Shown: in pieces, positions 42,560-55,500 of the stretch
Layout of the letters: every line of letters starts with the position of its first letter
Numbering within the stretch: the first letter of the stretch is position 1
Source: Tenrec ecaudatus
Taxonomy: Eukaryota
NCBI RefSeq assembly: GCF_050624435.1
Contig: NC_134541.1
Span: 124,958,480-125,022,479, forward strand
Direction of reading: 5' to 3'
Length of the DNA: 64,000 nucleotides
Made by a program: the position numbers and the translations under genes
Notes under the pieces: model-generated
What the model saw: the letters and a program-made list of their open reading frames with translations, nothing else
Database searches by the model: none
Told to the model about the DNA's origin: nothing

Positions 42560-42850
42560 GGGGCGACAGTGGCTGAATCCCGGATTTCTGAGTGGGGGGT
42601 CTGAACCCCGGATATTTGAGCGCAGGGGGCCGAATCCGGTATTTGAAAGGCTGGGGGGTAAACCCCGGATACTGGTGCACCTAGGGGCCTGGACCCCAGA
42701 GAGCTGAAATCCTATGAAAGAGTTCTAGGTTTGCAGAGGTTGGAACCCGAGCCCCGGATATCTGGAATCCGAGGCGCTGATGCCGGATATTTGAGGAGAG
42801 CGGCCAAGCCTGGGAATTCAGGACCCAAGAGCCTGAAGCCCGGGTCTTCG
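42560..42850. repeat. Minisatellite of about nine imperfect 25-50 bp units with core GAAyCCCGGATATTTGAG
   Basis: Units can be read directly, for example gaatcccggatttctgag, gaaccccggatatttgag, gaatccggtatttgaaag and gccggatatttgagg. Confidence 0.8.
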
Positions 42851-42899
42851 GCCACCGACAGGGGGCCCACCCCGAGGGCGTCCGACCGCACGGCCCCTC

Positions 42900-43800
42900 T
42901 CACGCCAGGGTCCGAGGGTGACAGCCCACACTCCCGCCCCGGCCTCCTCCCTTTCCCCTTCGCTCTCCTGAGGAAAGCGGAAAAATCGTAGCTAGGACGC
43001 AGCCGGCGGCCCCCGCGCCCTCTCTCTCTCTCCCTCGCTTCTTCTCCGTCTCAGCCTCTCTCCGCAACAGATCCCTGGTCTCGTCCCGATCTCCCTCTCC
43101 CTCTTCCTCCCAATTCCAAGATGGAGACCGGGCGGGAGGGCGCAGGCGCGGTAGGGATGCCGGGCCAAAGGGGGCGGGGCCCAAAGTGAGGCGGCCCCGC
43201 CCCTCTCTGCTCTCCGCCGCGGTCCGCGAGCAGGCAGCCGCCCCGCCGGAGTGCGCGCGCGCCCCGCCACGCGGACCCGGCAGGAGGGGCGGAGCCCAGG
43301 GCACGGGCGCGCACTGGCCGCGGAGAGGGCTGGGGCGCATGCGCCCGCCCCGCCTTAGCGCGGCGCGCCAGCTTGTTGCTAGGGGAAGCTTTGAAGGGGC
43401 GCGGGTGGAAGGAGCGGGGGGATCTGCGCCTGCGTCCAGGGTCGAGGCGGGGAGGGCTGGGAAGGCGGCTGCTGGGCGCGGAAAAGGCGGGAAAACAGAC
43501 CGCTCGGAAGCTGGGCGCCCTCCCGCCTGGGTCGCGGGCTCCCCAGTCGAGGAATCTGGGCCAGCAAATGCTGGGGAGACTCCCTGGGTCCAGGCCGGTA
43601 GTGAGACGGAGCCCGAGGACCCGCGTGACCTGCCCAAGGTCACACTGCATGTATGGCAGAGCGCCTTCCCACCGGCTGGAAGGACCCATCTTATGCCACA
43701 GACGGAAACGCGGCATGAAGGGGGGGCATGGGGGCCGTCTGACGGAACCGATGGCCTAACAGCCAGTATCCCCCAAATTCTCACCCCAGCCCCCAGTCAA
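42900..43800 (-). promoter_or_regulatory. TAOK2: CpG island, presumed TAOK2 promoter and non-coding exon 1
   Basis: A CpG-dense block lies about 3.5 kb upstream of the ATG exon and contains GC boxes and an NRF1 palindrome. Confidence 0.65.
43324..43333. promoter_or_regulatory. NRF1-type palindrome GCGCATGCGC
   Basis: The motif is an exact match inside the TAOK2 CpG island. Confidence 0.5.
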
Positions 43801-45429
43801 CACCCCTGGACACTGGGAAAAATCAGCCTTTTATTTTCCCCACATCCCCAGCTCTTCACTGTTTTCACCGTCTCTTCCAACTCGGAACCAGGGCCCAAGA
43901 GGTTGGTTCAGACTCGGGACCTGCGGAGGAAAGACGGAAAATGAAAACGGCGGCAGGTACGCACCAGGGCCTTTGGGGCAAGCTCTGGGGTAACTCAAAA
44001 CTGACCAAGGAGCCACAGGAAGTGACGACTGGAGGCAGGAGTGGCACTCGTCCCAGTGCGGGCGGCCTCAGGGCCCTGGGATCTGCCAGGGTTCAGAATC
44101 TAGACTGGTGCTCATCGCCAAAAAGGTGGAGATGGTTCCACCTGCTTCCTGTCCCTGGTAGGTGGTTGGGACCGACAGACATGCTGAGCCAAGTTGCCCT
44201 TGAACTTTCAGTCCCTCTGGTGGAGCCCTTCCTTCCCTGGGTCAGAGCCGTCTCCGCTTCTCCCAGCAACACAGCACAGCAGCCATGCCACCAGCGGGTG
44301 CATCGTGTCTGAGGGTCTTCAAAGAGTTGGTGGAAAGGTGGAGCTGAATGATAATGGAACATTTCCATGCACTTTTTTTTTTCCACAAAAGAAAGGCTTA
44401 TAGTTCGTTCAAGGATCGTTTCTTGGCCCTTAGGAGCGTTTTCCAGTCCAGTCTGTTGGGGCACCACGCCCTGGCCCCAAAGTCCACTTTTAGCATTCCC
44501 TGGGGACCTTGCCACTCCATTCCCTTGCTGTTCCGCTCTGCACTCCTCCAGTGCTTTGCCTCAGTGTGGTGGGATCAGGTCAGATGCAATTCCCACACTG
44601 TGTCTCCGGTGCTGTCCCCTGTATCGCCCTTAGTCACTGAGGGGCATCATGTCTCAGTGGGGCCAGCCATGTTCTCTCTGTGGACTGGCTGCTCTACTCA
44701 GGAACATCCTCCTCATGGCCTGGTGGGCCAGGCTGTGCTCCACTCTCTCCTCCTGCCCCTTCATCTGCTCCCGTGTGCTCTGATCAGATATGTCCATCTC
44801 CTGGAGCTGTAGAATCAATGTCATCCTTTGAAACAAATTCTTTTCGGGGGAGGGGCAGGAATCCACTTAATTTTTGGTGCTGGGGCCTCCATGCACTTTT
44901 TGAAGCCGCTTGTATGGCTCTCAGATTACAAGACCCACCCGCCAAAAAAATTTTTTACAGGGGAACTAATTTAGCACCTGCTTTGTGAAGGAGCCTCTTA
45001 TCAGGACCAACTTTTCTTCTGAATGCAATGAAGGCAAAATGGAAGAGGCGTGGTCCATGCCAAGTGCTTGGGCACGTAGTAGCGCCTCAGAAACGGTGGC
45101 TTTCGTTACAAAGGTCAACAATGCGATTTCTGGGTGCTGCTCAAGTTGTATTTTATTTTAAAATGATCATAGTACTGAGCGTCACGATTTTAGCACAAAA
45201 GCAAGACATGCCTGGGTCCTCTTCAGAATGCACTAACTCTGAACCCTTTAAACTCACTGCTGCTGCCAATTAAAATGTGAAAAAAGAGGAGCTGACACCA
45301 AGGGTTCAACAGAAAGTAACTGTCTAGAAAAGAACGATGGCAACATGTACAGATATGCCTGATGCAATTGATGTGTGGATTGTCATAAGAACTGCAAGAG
45401 CCCTCAATGAAAGGCATGCATGTGTATCT

Positions 45430-45625
45430 CATGTAAAGGAGCCTGGTGGCGTAGTGGGTTTGTGACAGGCCACTAACTGCAAGGTCAGCAGTATGAAACC
45501 ACCAGCCGCTCCTTGGGAGAAGATGGCGCTTTATACTTTCAACAGAATTTAGTCTCCGCAGCTCCCAAGGGCGATTCGACTCTGAGCTGTGGTGTCGCTC
45601 TCAGTCGGCTTAGACTTGATGGCAG
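45430..45625 (+). mobile_element. AfroSINE copy, near full length
   Basis: The sequence gagcctggtggcgtagtgggtt...aaggtcagcagtatgaaaccaccagccgctccttgg...gtcgctctcagtcggcttagacttgatggcag closely matches the AfroSINE consensus as I recall it. Confidence 0.8.
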
Positions 45626-45844
45626 GGAGGGTTTAGTCGGTCTGGGTTGTATTTCATGGATCTGCAAGATTCCATGGCCCACAATTTTTTTTTTAAGCTT
45701 GGATGTAAATGACTGACACAGAGTGTCTGTATTGTGTGAAAACTAGCCTTTCTGTAAAGTTCAAAAAGGCAAAAAAGACTAAACCATATTGTTCAGGAAG
45801 GAACACTTGGTGATAAGTGATAGAGCAAGATGGTAGTTACCTCT

Positions 45845-46000
45845 AGGGCAGCGGTTCTCAACCTTTGGGGGGGCGAACTGCCCTTTCACAGGGGTCACCC
45901 GATTCATCACAGTAGCAAAGTGACAGTGCTGAAGTAGCAAACGACAATTTTATGGTGGGGGGCGCTCACCCCAACATGAGGCACTGTATTCCAGGGCCTC
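45845..46000. mobile_element. Partial copy of the same hAT-MITE family
   Basis: It begins cagcggttctcaacctttggggggcgaactgccctttcacaggggtcacccgattcatcacagtagcaaa. Confidence 0.7.
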
Positions 46001-46190
46001 GCCTGTGGCAGGTGGAGACCCACTGCTCCAGAGAGAGGGAGGGTGTCATCAGAGAGAGGGACAAAGAGGAACTCCAGGGAGCCCGGCAGGAGGGTTTTAG
46101 TTTGAGTCGGGTTTACAAGAAGGTCTGCGTGGCCATCGTTTGCCCAGCTGTCCGTGTAGATGCTGTGGGCTTTTCCTGAGCGTTAAAAGT

Positions 46191-46196
46191 TTTAAT
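46191..46196 (-). promoter_or_regulatory. TMEM219: Candidate ATTAAA polyadenylation signal for TMEM219
   Basis: A TTTAAT on the plus strand lies about 215 nt downstream of the TMEM219 stop codon. Confidence 0.35.
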
Positions 46197-46410
46197 AGTA
46201 AGAAGCAAAGCGTTGGCTGCTGATGGTGTACACTTCCCAGGGGCAGCTGAAGCCCGGTAGGGTTCCCATGGGCCCCAGGAAGCAACAGTTGGGGACGGAG
46301 CCGCAAGCTCTCCACTGTAAAATCACCACGCCTACCCCACTCCCTCTCCCCAAACGACTGGGGCAGGTAAAGAATCTCACCTGAGTGAGGCAGGCACTGG
46401 GCCCGTGATC

Positions 46411-46548
46411 TCAGAGCCGGGTTCGAGACCAGTGAGGCTCCCGGTTCGGGTGGAAGCACACTGCGGTGACACAGCAGAGAAGGCCACAGAAGAGCAGCAG
46501 GAAGAAGCCCAAGACCAGCAGCCTGGAGCCACACAGGGCCAGCTCCTC
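46411..46548 (-). CDS. TMEM219: TMEM219 terminal coding exon including the stop codon (46413-46411)
   Basis: The acceptor is cacctccag. The frame matches ORF 46411..46620. Confidence 0.86.
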   Translation of the reverse strand, partial: EELALCGSRLLVLGFFLLLFCGLLCCVTAVCFHPNREPHWSRTRL

Positions 46549-49500
46549 CTGGAGGTGGGAACAAGGGAGATGGAGAAAGGGCAGAGCATGTTCCGGGGGA
46601 CACAGCTGACCCCAGCCCACGGGTTAGAGAGAACAGACGTGGAGGGCGGCAGGAGAGGCTTCCTTCTACTAAGCCAACATTTGTTTCAATGGCTTACAAA
46701 CAGCTTTTCTGCCTGCCCCATGACTCAACTTGAATCCCTATAGGGTAGCGGCTCTCAACCTGTGGGTCTCAACCCCTTTGGGGGCCGAACGACCCTTTCA
46801 CAGGGGTCGCCCGATTCATCACATTAGCAAAATTAGTGAGGAAGTAGCAACGACAATAATTTTCTGGTTGGGGTTACGACCACGTGAGGAACTGTCTGAA
46901 AGGGACACGGCGGCGGGAGGAAGGTCGAGAGCCACGGCCCTAGGGCTTCCACGAGAGAGGAGCGCTCTCTACTGTACAGATGCACACGCAGGGCCCAGGC
47001 CGGGGTCCTTTCACATCCACAATTCTAAGGCAAGAGCATGCAGCAGCCTCCCAGCGGATCCCCTGCCCTTTACTGCAGCCAATCTCCACCCAACCCTAGT
47101 GGAGCGCCCCTCCCTTCTCAGGCCTGCAGTGTCCAGTCGGAGCATCTGGATGTTCACGGTGGCTCGGCATCTGCCCCTGCAGCCTCTCCTCCTAAGAACT
47201 CCCAGGTCATGGAGTGCCCTCCCGCCCCCAAAGCGAGTCTCCAGGCCTGTGCTCATGCTCCAGGTCTTTGCCTGAAATGTAATCCTCCTGTCTCATGACA
47301 GATACCCCACACCCCACCTACTGCCTTCCCTACCCAAATCCTCCTCCTCCTCTCAAGGATCCACCTGAGCAGACAGACCAGCCTGGAACTGGACGTCAGA
47401 GCTGTGGGTTGCAGTCCTGGCTTTGCCACTTAACCATGGCCTTGGGCAGTTCTCTCCCTCGCTATAAATGCTTCCTCGTCTGTAAAATGGGATAGTGCCT
47501 CCCTCACAGGGCTACTTTAAGATCAAACGAGGCAACGAACCTGAAAGGGCTGTGCACATTGTAAACTACTGTGCGCAGTTCTCTCCACCTGCCCTGTGAA
47601 GCACGCTCCATAAATGCTCCAGCCGGGGCTAATTGCTCTCCCCTCTGTGTTTATGGAACACTCTGCTCACATCTCTATCACCGCAATTTGCCCATTCGGC
47701 CTCTTAATACAGTTTCTGAATTCCTTTGAGGTAGAGAGCGTCTTTTGTCTCACTGACAGACAATAATTAATAGTGGTATCTGTCATTTATCAAACCTCCA
47801 TCATTTACCAGGCATTATGCACTTTACAGTCACTCTCTAATCATTATCTGTTGGTCGTAGAAAATGGTGTCAGGGTTTCCAGTTTACAGAAGCAGCCGCT
47901 GAGGCCCAAGGTGTGTGCTCAGAGGCCAGAACTATCGCAGGCCAGGGCCAGAGTGCAGAGCGGTGCTTTCCTGACGGGCTAGCACCACCTCCTGGAGCTC
48001 CCGGGTCATAGCATCCTGCAGGGCTGTCTATGAGACTGGGCAGCTGGGGAATGAATGGCTGGCAAGCGTCGTTGGGCTGAAAGAAAAGGGCACAGGGGAC
48101 AAGTGGCACCCATGATGCTTCGGCTCTTACTGCGGTGAGCAGTTTGGTGAGCACAAGGCCTTCATGGCTCCACACTCTGACACAGCCCACAGCCATCTTC
48201 GGGCTCAGAGTGGCATTCCCTGCTCCCTCCTCTGAGCAGGATATGGGTGGCTGGCTGGTAGGCAGGATTGGCTGGGCAGCTCGGAAATACAGGCAGGTTC
48301 CTGGTGTCCTTCTGGGGGTCACCCTGGCAGTGATGAGGACCCGTTCTTCCGCAAAAGACCCTGCGAGAGGCCGGGGGAGAGAGAAAGGAGAGTGAAGGGT
48401 GGAGTGGGGGCCTGTTCCCAGCTTTCTATTCATTGCGGGCTTGGGGGCACTGGTTCTATTCAAGAGTGAAATCTTCTGTCTGCCATAATTTACAACATCA
48501 GGAAATGAAAGGAACTGTGGGCCAATTTAAATGAAAATTAACTTGGATCAGCTTGCACTCCATGAAATGGTGATACCAGCCCTTGCCAGGTTGCAGAGAA
48601 ACGGGCGTAGATGCAGATCACCCAGGTCCGTCTGTGTGAACTTTTTTCCTTTTTAGGAAAGTGGTTTTCCACTAGCTACCAAAACCCATTTAAAAATTCA
48701 CACTCCATTTCAAACGAATGGTTAATGGACATCCTATTCAGCACATGGCCTTGGGACAATTTCCACAAGGGGAAAAAAGTTAGACTCTTATCTCACACTA
48801 TAAACAAAATAAAATCCAGATGGATTAAAGAGCTATACAAGCAAGCAAGCAAGTCCCTAAACAAGTATGGAACGAAAACACAGACATTTATGAACATCCT
48901 GCAGCTGACATCACACTCAATAGCGACAGACTGAATGCCTTCTCACTAAGATCAGGAACAAGACAGAGATGCCCTCTTATATGGATGCTATTCAACATCC
49001 TTCTTAAAGTCTCAGCCAGGTAAACAATCAGGATAGAGCGGAAAAACCCACCAATCATAAAAGGTGTCCAACTCGAGGAGGAAGTAAAAGTAGCCCCTTT
49101 CCCAGGTGACATGATCTTACACAGAGAATCCACAATAAAGCTATTAGAACTGATCCATGAATTTAGCAAGATGGCACGAAAGACTATAGACACATAAACC
49201 CAGCAGAAATCCAAGGAAAGAACATCTCTAAACGACTGGGAATAACTTTAACCAGGAAAGTGAAAGGCCTGTACATCGAAAACTATATCACATTACTAAA
49301 AGAAATTATGGTACCAACGACCAACACCAAATAGCGCATTCAGGTTTGTAGACTGAAGGCCTCACAGGGTTAACGGATGCCAAGATTACCCAAAGCAATC
49401 AATGCAATTCCCATCCAAATGCTAACCGTTCCGTGTTTTAAAGGCAGAATGACAATGAGGGAGGACTCACAATTCTGGGTTTCAAAACATAAAGCTATAG

Positions 49501-52500
49501 TCTTCTGGAAGGATGGAGCCCATGTCGAATCACCCGCTCTGTGCTCCTGTTAGACCAGGAAATCAAAGGGGATGGAAGGAGAAGCTTCCCGGAAATTCAA
49601 GCCAAGACCATGAGAAGGGCCCACCTACGTTGTGGAGGAGACAGTTCTGCTGGTGAGTATGGCGGGTGGTTGGGGAGAACTCGCCACACAGCGGGAACGG
49701 ATACTAAACCATGAGTGTAGGAAACCTAGGGGGACTATGGGCCAGGTTCTAGGTACCTGAGTAGACACTGAATCCCTTTCTACCTAACCTTCAGTGAACC
49801 ACACCTGGACTAAGCACCCAGAGAATCACGGAAGCTGACCTGACGGGCAACAGGACACAATGCAGGGGTTACACCAGAAGGACTTAACACAGAGGCCCTG
49901 CTGACTGAACTGAACCCGGCCTCAGAGCTGCCTGGACTAAGGGCTTTGGTTCTTGGATGGGAGAGGCGGCAGAGTGGCCGCCCCATGATTGTGGAAGTGG
50001 CAGTCATTGGACCTTGGGGGGAACCCTTGGCTTGGTGAGTGTCTGGTAGAAGGGGATCCAAGATCACCATACCTGCTGGTCTCAGTGCCCACCCTGCAGT
50101 GGTTGGAACCCACCAAACAGGGATCTGCACTTGGGGGCCTTGGCCCTAGGAAGACTCCCACTGGCATCCACCCCGGTGCCCCATCAGAGGAGAGACTGAA
50201 CTGTGCAGGGCAAAGACTCGTGGCATGCAGCTCAAGGCGAGACTGTACCAGCACAGACTTCTCACACCAACATGGAATGCTGAGACATTGGGGAAACTGA
50301 TGAGGGTAGTAATGCACTTGACATACAGGTGGGGGAGGGCGGGTGGGATTGACAATGCTGCACTTTATAGGTTTTGTTGCTTTCCTGCTTGTAGCTTGCT
50401 TTTTTGTGTGCTTTTGTTTCTTCTTCAGTTTTTTGGGTATGTGTGTTGGTTGTTAGGCTGCTGATTGGCTGATGGCTGCTAATGATGCAGTTCTTATAGG
50501 GTTATGATTTTCTCCTATTACGACCGACAAAGTAAACCTGAGACGTGCGCACCCCACAAGCAGACGGAGTCAGGGCTCCTACTTAACTCTAACCCTAATC
50601 CAAGAGCACTTAGTTCTGATCACATGGCCCTGCTGGATACTCACCTTCCTGAAAGGCTCGCTGAAGATAAGGGTGCTACAGCACAGTGTGGTGAAGAAAG
50701 CAGACGGTGCCCGGCTATCAATCAGGAATAGTGTGTGGGGTCTTAAAGGCTTGTGTTCAAACAAGCAGCCATCTAAGTGAGGAGTCAACTAAGACCACAC
50801 AGAAGAAGCACGTTAGCTTGTGAGATCCAAAGATGACAATGAAAAAATTTGAATAGGGCGAAGGGAAAAGTATCAGAGCTAAAATGATGAACAATTTGTA
50901 GACCACGGGAGCCCAAAATGCATCTGCAGAGTATCTGTCAGACGGAGCTGCTGGCAGATCCGCTCTAGCCGCAGGCAAGGCTTTCAAACAGCCCTGCGGC
51001 CAGGGAGGGACCACCGTCATCTTGACCGTGCTGGATCCAGCTCGATTCTTGGCCAGACGACCTCCCTGTAAACCTGACCTGAGTTGACAGCAATTTCTTC
51101 CCTGGCTTGTGGAATGTTGATAAGGGCCTTTGCCTTCTTACTCATTATTTGTATGAGGGGCACCAAAACAAAGCTATGTCTTGTAAGTTGTTTTTTTACA
51201 AAACAACTTTATCACCTTCAAAGTACTCTCCACTACACTTCATACATTTGTCAAATCTGTGATTTCATACTTGGAAATATTTTCAAAGATCTGTTTGGAT
51301 GACTGACAGCCCCTCCTTCATTTTTTCCCTTCACCTCTTCTACGTCATCAAATGGCTGTCCTTTCATGTCCCTCTGCATTTGCAGAAACAAAAAGAAGCC
51401 GCATGAAGCAAGGTCAGGTGAGTCAGGTGCGTGGAGCAAGAAAGGCATGCTGTTTTTTGCCCCGAACTGGAGCACTGAGAGGGCTGTGTGCGCAGTTAGG
51501 TTGTCGTGGTGACAAAACCAGTCCCCATCTGCCACAAATCAGACTTTTTGTCGCACACTGTGACACGATCTTTTCAGAACCTATTAATAGTAAGTTTGAT
51601 TCACAGTCTGACCTGGTGGAACAAACTCCAAATGCACACAGGTCCATATTTTTATCTGTTTGGGAAACTGACAGAAGTCCAGACGAGCTTTGTCATCAGT
51701 CGACATTTCACCTTCTTTTGAAAGGAGAAAACCACTCGTACACTCGAGTTTTCCCCATAGCGCTGGCCTTGTGAGCTGTGTTCAACATCACAGCAGTTTC
51801 TGCGGCATTTCCCGAGCAGGAAACAAAAGGTCACAGCTGTACTCCTAGCGGGGATCAGTGCATACATACTGCACAAGCTCTGCCCAGAGGAGTTTTTTCT
51901 GGGTACCCGCCCCTATTTTGGTCTTTACATTATTATTTTATCCTGACCACTATATTTCTAATTTGGTTTTTATTGTTTCTGTTGGGTTTCCCAGTCGGTG
52001 ACCCACAGGAGGAGTAGATGCATAGTGATAATTGCTACAGGGGTTGATAGGAGATGCAGGGGTGGGAGTGGGCATTAGGGAGGGAAGGGGGAACTCAGGA
52101 GTGGAAAATGAAGCACTAGAACTGAGTGCACAACTCACTTTAAAAGGCGATTTAACCATTGGGGGATATACGGCTAAAACTGATAGGGTAATAATTATAT
52201 AATTCTTCTTGATATGATTGAACAATTGAACTACTGAAGTGTATGCTATGTAAATTATGTGCCAATAAAACCATAAAGGAAAAAATGTTCAAAAAATAAA
52301 TTAAGAAATAAAGTTACAATAACTAAGAGTCTAACACTGGTATAATCACAGACAGATAGATCAAGGGAATAGAATTGAGAGTCCAGAAATAAATCCACAC
52401 CTCTTGGGGGGTCAACTGATTTTTGACAAGGGCACCAAGTCCATTCAATAGGGAAGGGTCTTTTCAATAAATGGTGCTGGGGAAAACTGGACTTCCACAT

Positions 52501-55500
52501 GTCGAAGACAGAATCGGGATCCAAGCCTCAGACCGTGAACAACTATCAATTAAAAATGAGCAAGGACCTAATGTGAAAACTGCAGCAGGGGCCCACTGAG
52601 AGAATTCCAACTCATAGCGACCCCATGTGACAGAGCAGAACCAGCCCACAGGGCTTCCCTGGCTGTAATCTTTACGGAAGCAAACAACAGGTCTCTCTCC
52701 ATTGGAGCAGTGGTGGATGTGAACTGAGCACTTAGCTGTTTATGCCACCTCTCTCCCTGCTGTTGAGTCAATTCCAACTCATAGTGACCCTACAGGGCAG
52801 GGTAGAACTGCCCTGTGGGTTTCTGAGGCTGTGACTCTGTATGGGTCTTTCCCCTATGGAGTGAAAGGTGGTTTTGAACTGCAGACTGTGTGGTTAGCAG
52901 CTCAACACGCAAGCACTACGCCACCAGGGCTCCTCAAATGTGGACATTGAGAGCACACAATTCTTAGAAGGAAATATAGGTGTGTGGATGCAGAACCTAG
53001 AGGCTCACCGGTGGCATAGTGGTTATGAGTCTGACAGAGAACTGTGAGGTCAGCAGTTTGAAACCAGCAACTGTTCCTTGGGAGAAAGATGGGGCTTTCC
53101 ACTCCAGTAAGCAGTTCGGGTGGGAAGCTCACAGAGGCAGTGCTACCCTGGCCCAGAGGGTCGCTCTGAGTCGGCCTCGGCTCGATGGCAGAGCTGGGTT
53201 TTGGTTTGGGATGCAGAACCGCGTTTGGAACAGCAATCAGCTCAAGATGGCACAGGCACCAGCGGCAGGAGGGGACACCGTGAACAGGAACTACTTTCGT
53301 TCATCAGAGGACTTGATCCAAGAGGGGAAAGGCGGCCGACACGCTGAAGACAACAGTCCCAGGAGCCTGAGCTCCGAGAAGAGTCTGATATCCAAATTCC
53401 ACCTTAAATTGTTCTAGAATTGCACAGCAAAAACCAATTTCTAAAAACAGGCAAAGGGCTGGCTTGGGCCGTTTGTTCAGAAACACACGTGAAAAGATGC
53501 TCAGCATCGTCAGCAAGTCAAGACCCCAACGAGGTGCCACCAGCCCCCAGCAGTGGCAGCGATCAGAGGAACAAAACCGGGGTGGCAAGGTGGCGGGGAA
53601 CGCGAGGTCCAGACGTGAGCCGGTGCACCCGGCGGTTCCATACGATCTACCACACGATCCCGCAATCCTAAGCCGAGGTACAGGCAGGCCTCGGCTGGCA
53701 CCTCCTTTTGTGAAGCTGTGCAGACACAGTGTCTGCACAACTGTACAAATGGAAAGCTGTGGCCACACTGCGTGGAGTGAGCCATGTTTTCAACTGCCTG
53801 GGCTCCCTTCCTAGCCCTGTGTCACCCTCCGGTCCCTCGCACACGTTACTCCCAGCGCTGTCATCGGGCTCGTGCCTACTGAACGAGCCCTGGGAGTGCA
53901 GTGGGTTCATCACGGAGATGCTAGTCACAAGGTCAGCAGTCCGGAACCACCAGTCCCTCTGCAGGACAAAGCTGAGGCTGTCTGCTCCCATATCGAGTCT
54001 CAGAAACCCTACGGGGTAGTGGCACCCTGTCCGACAGGGTCCCTTTGGGTCAAAACGGAGTCTCTGGTGGGGGTGTGGCTTTGGTTTGAGGGTTATGGCA
54101 CTTTGATAGACTCCTGGGTAGTGTCAGTGTGCTTTTTACATGAACTGGGAAACAAACAAACAAAAAAAAACCCATGCCAGTTGCTTCCCTGCAGCATCCG
54201 GCTGGGACCCACCCTGCCATGTCTCTGAGGCCTGCCTACGCTGCCCCCCCACCAAGTGAAAGCAGGACCCCCAGCAGAGCCCTGTGCACCGTGTTCACTG
54301 CAGGACTTTTACAATAGCCAAAAGGGGCCAACAAGAAGTGCCCGTAGCACTGTGTGTTCTGCCCACCTTCAAGGGGACCGGAGTCCTGATGGCCGGCGCA
54401 CCTCGGACAAAGCTGACAGCATGGCGCTGCGCTGCCCAGGGCACGCACGGGCATGACTCGCTTAGGAAATCACACGAAACAAGCAGGTCTAGAAATGAGG
54501 TGAACTAAGCAGAGACATAAAAAGCAAACTTCTTCGTGGTGCCCAGGGTGGGAAGGAGGAGTCAAAAGGAGGTTCTGGCTTAGGGAGAGTTGAGTTGATG
54601 TGAACGGTGGCGGACCAATCTGGAAAAGGACAGCAAGAATGGTCACACAAGCGTAACCCAGGCCCCTGAACTAACTGTACAGGTAGAGACTGTAGAAACG
54701 GCCTCCGTCTTGTTAGGTACATCTTCATCACACCCCCGCCGCCCGCTGCCATGGCGTCAGTGCTGACTCAGAGCTCCCCGACAGGTCCACACTTGAAACA
54801 GAACCCACAGTCCAGGAGTCCAACTCATGGCGCCTGTGGGACAGAGCAGAACCAACCCGTTGATCTCCATGGAAACAGACAGCCTCCTCTTTTCCCAAGG
54901 AGTAGCTGGGTGGAGTCAAACTGCTGACCGTGTGGTTAGCAGGCCACCTCGTAATCCCCTCTGCCAGCCGGGCTCCCTGTCTGTAGGTAGAGTAGAATTG
55001 GCCTGTGGGAGGCAGAGACTGTACATCTTTAGGGGAGCAGAGACTCATCTTTCTCCCAGACTGGTTGGTAGGCTTGAACTGTAGACCCTGTAGTTAACAG
55101 CCCAATCCGTAGACTACAGCGTCCCCATTCCAACACCGAACTCACTGCCACTGAGTCTATTCAGACTCACAGTCAGTCCGTAAGATGAAACAGAACTGCT
55201 CCGCAGGGCTTCTGGGGCTGTGCGGCCGTGGGGAGCAGAGCGCCTTGTCACTCTCCCAGAGCAGCTGGTGGGTCTGAACCAGACCTTCAGGTTGGCAGCC
55301 CAACACATAACCCATGACACACCATGGCTCCTTTTGTTTTTCCCCCCAATCACCATAAAAATTTTAAGAATACAGGAGAATATTTTTGTGTTTTTAGAAT
55401 GTGGAGAGCCTTTCAAAGACAGACACAAAAGCTAAAATCCTTAAAAAATAAAAAAAAGAAGTCGGAAGTAGGTTAAAAGAAAGAAAAGCTGAACTGATCT

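Noticed and set aside
42105-42680. A 191-aa minus-strand ORF overlapping the minisatellite and CpG island
   Set aside because: It is composed of repeated Pro/Gly/Arg units generated by the tandem repeat and shows no protein-like features. TAOK2 exon 1 is expected to be non-coding.
43800-45400. A possible extra gene between the TAOK2 promoter and the TMEM219 3' end (ORFs 44093..44515 minus and 44348..44812 plus)
   Set aside because: The ORFs are short and lack homology or splice-consistent structure. The human locus has no gene between TMEM219 and TAOK2. The region is mostly unique intergenic sequence plus a SINE and MITE fragments.
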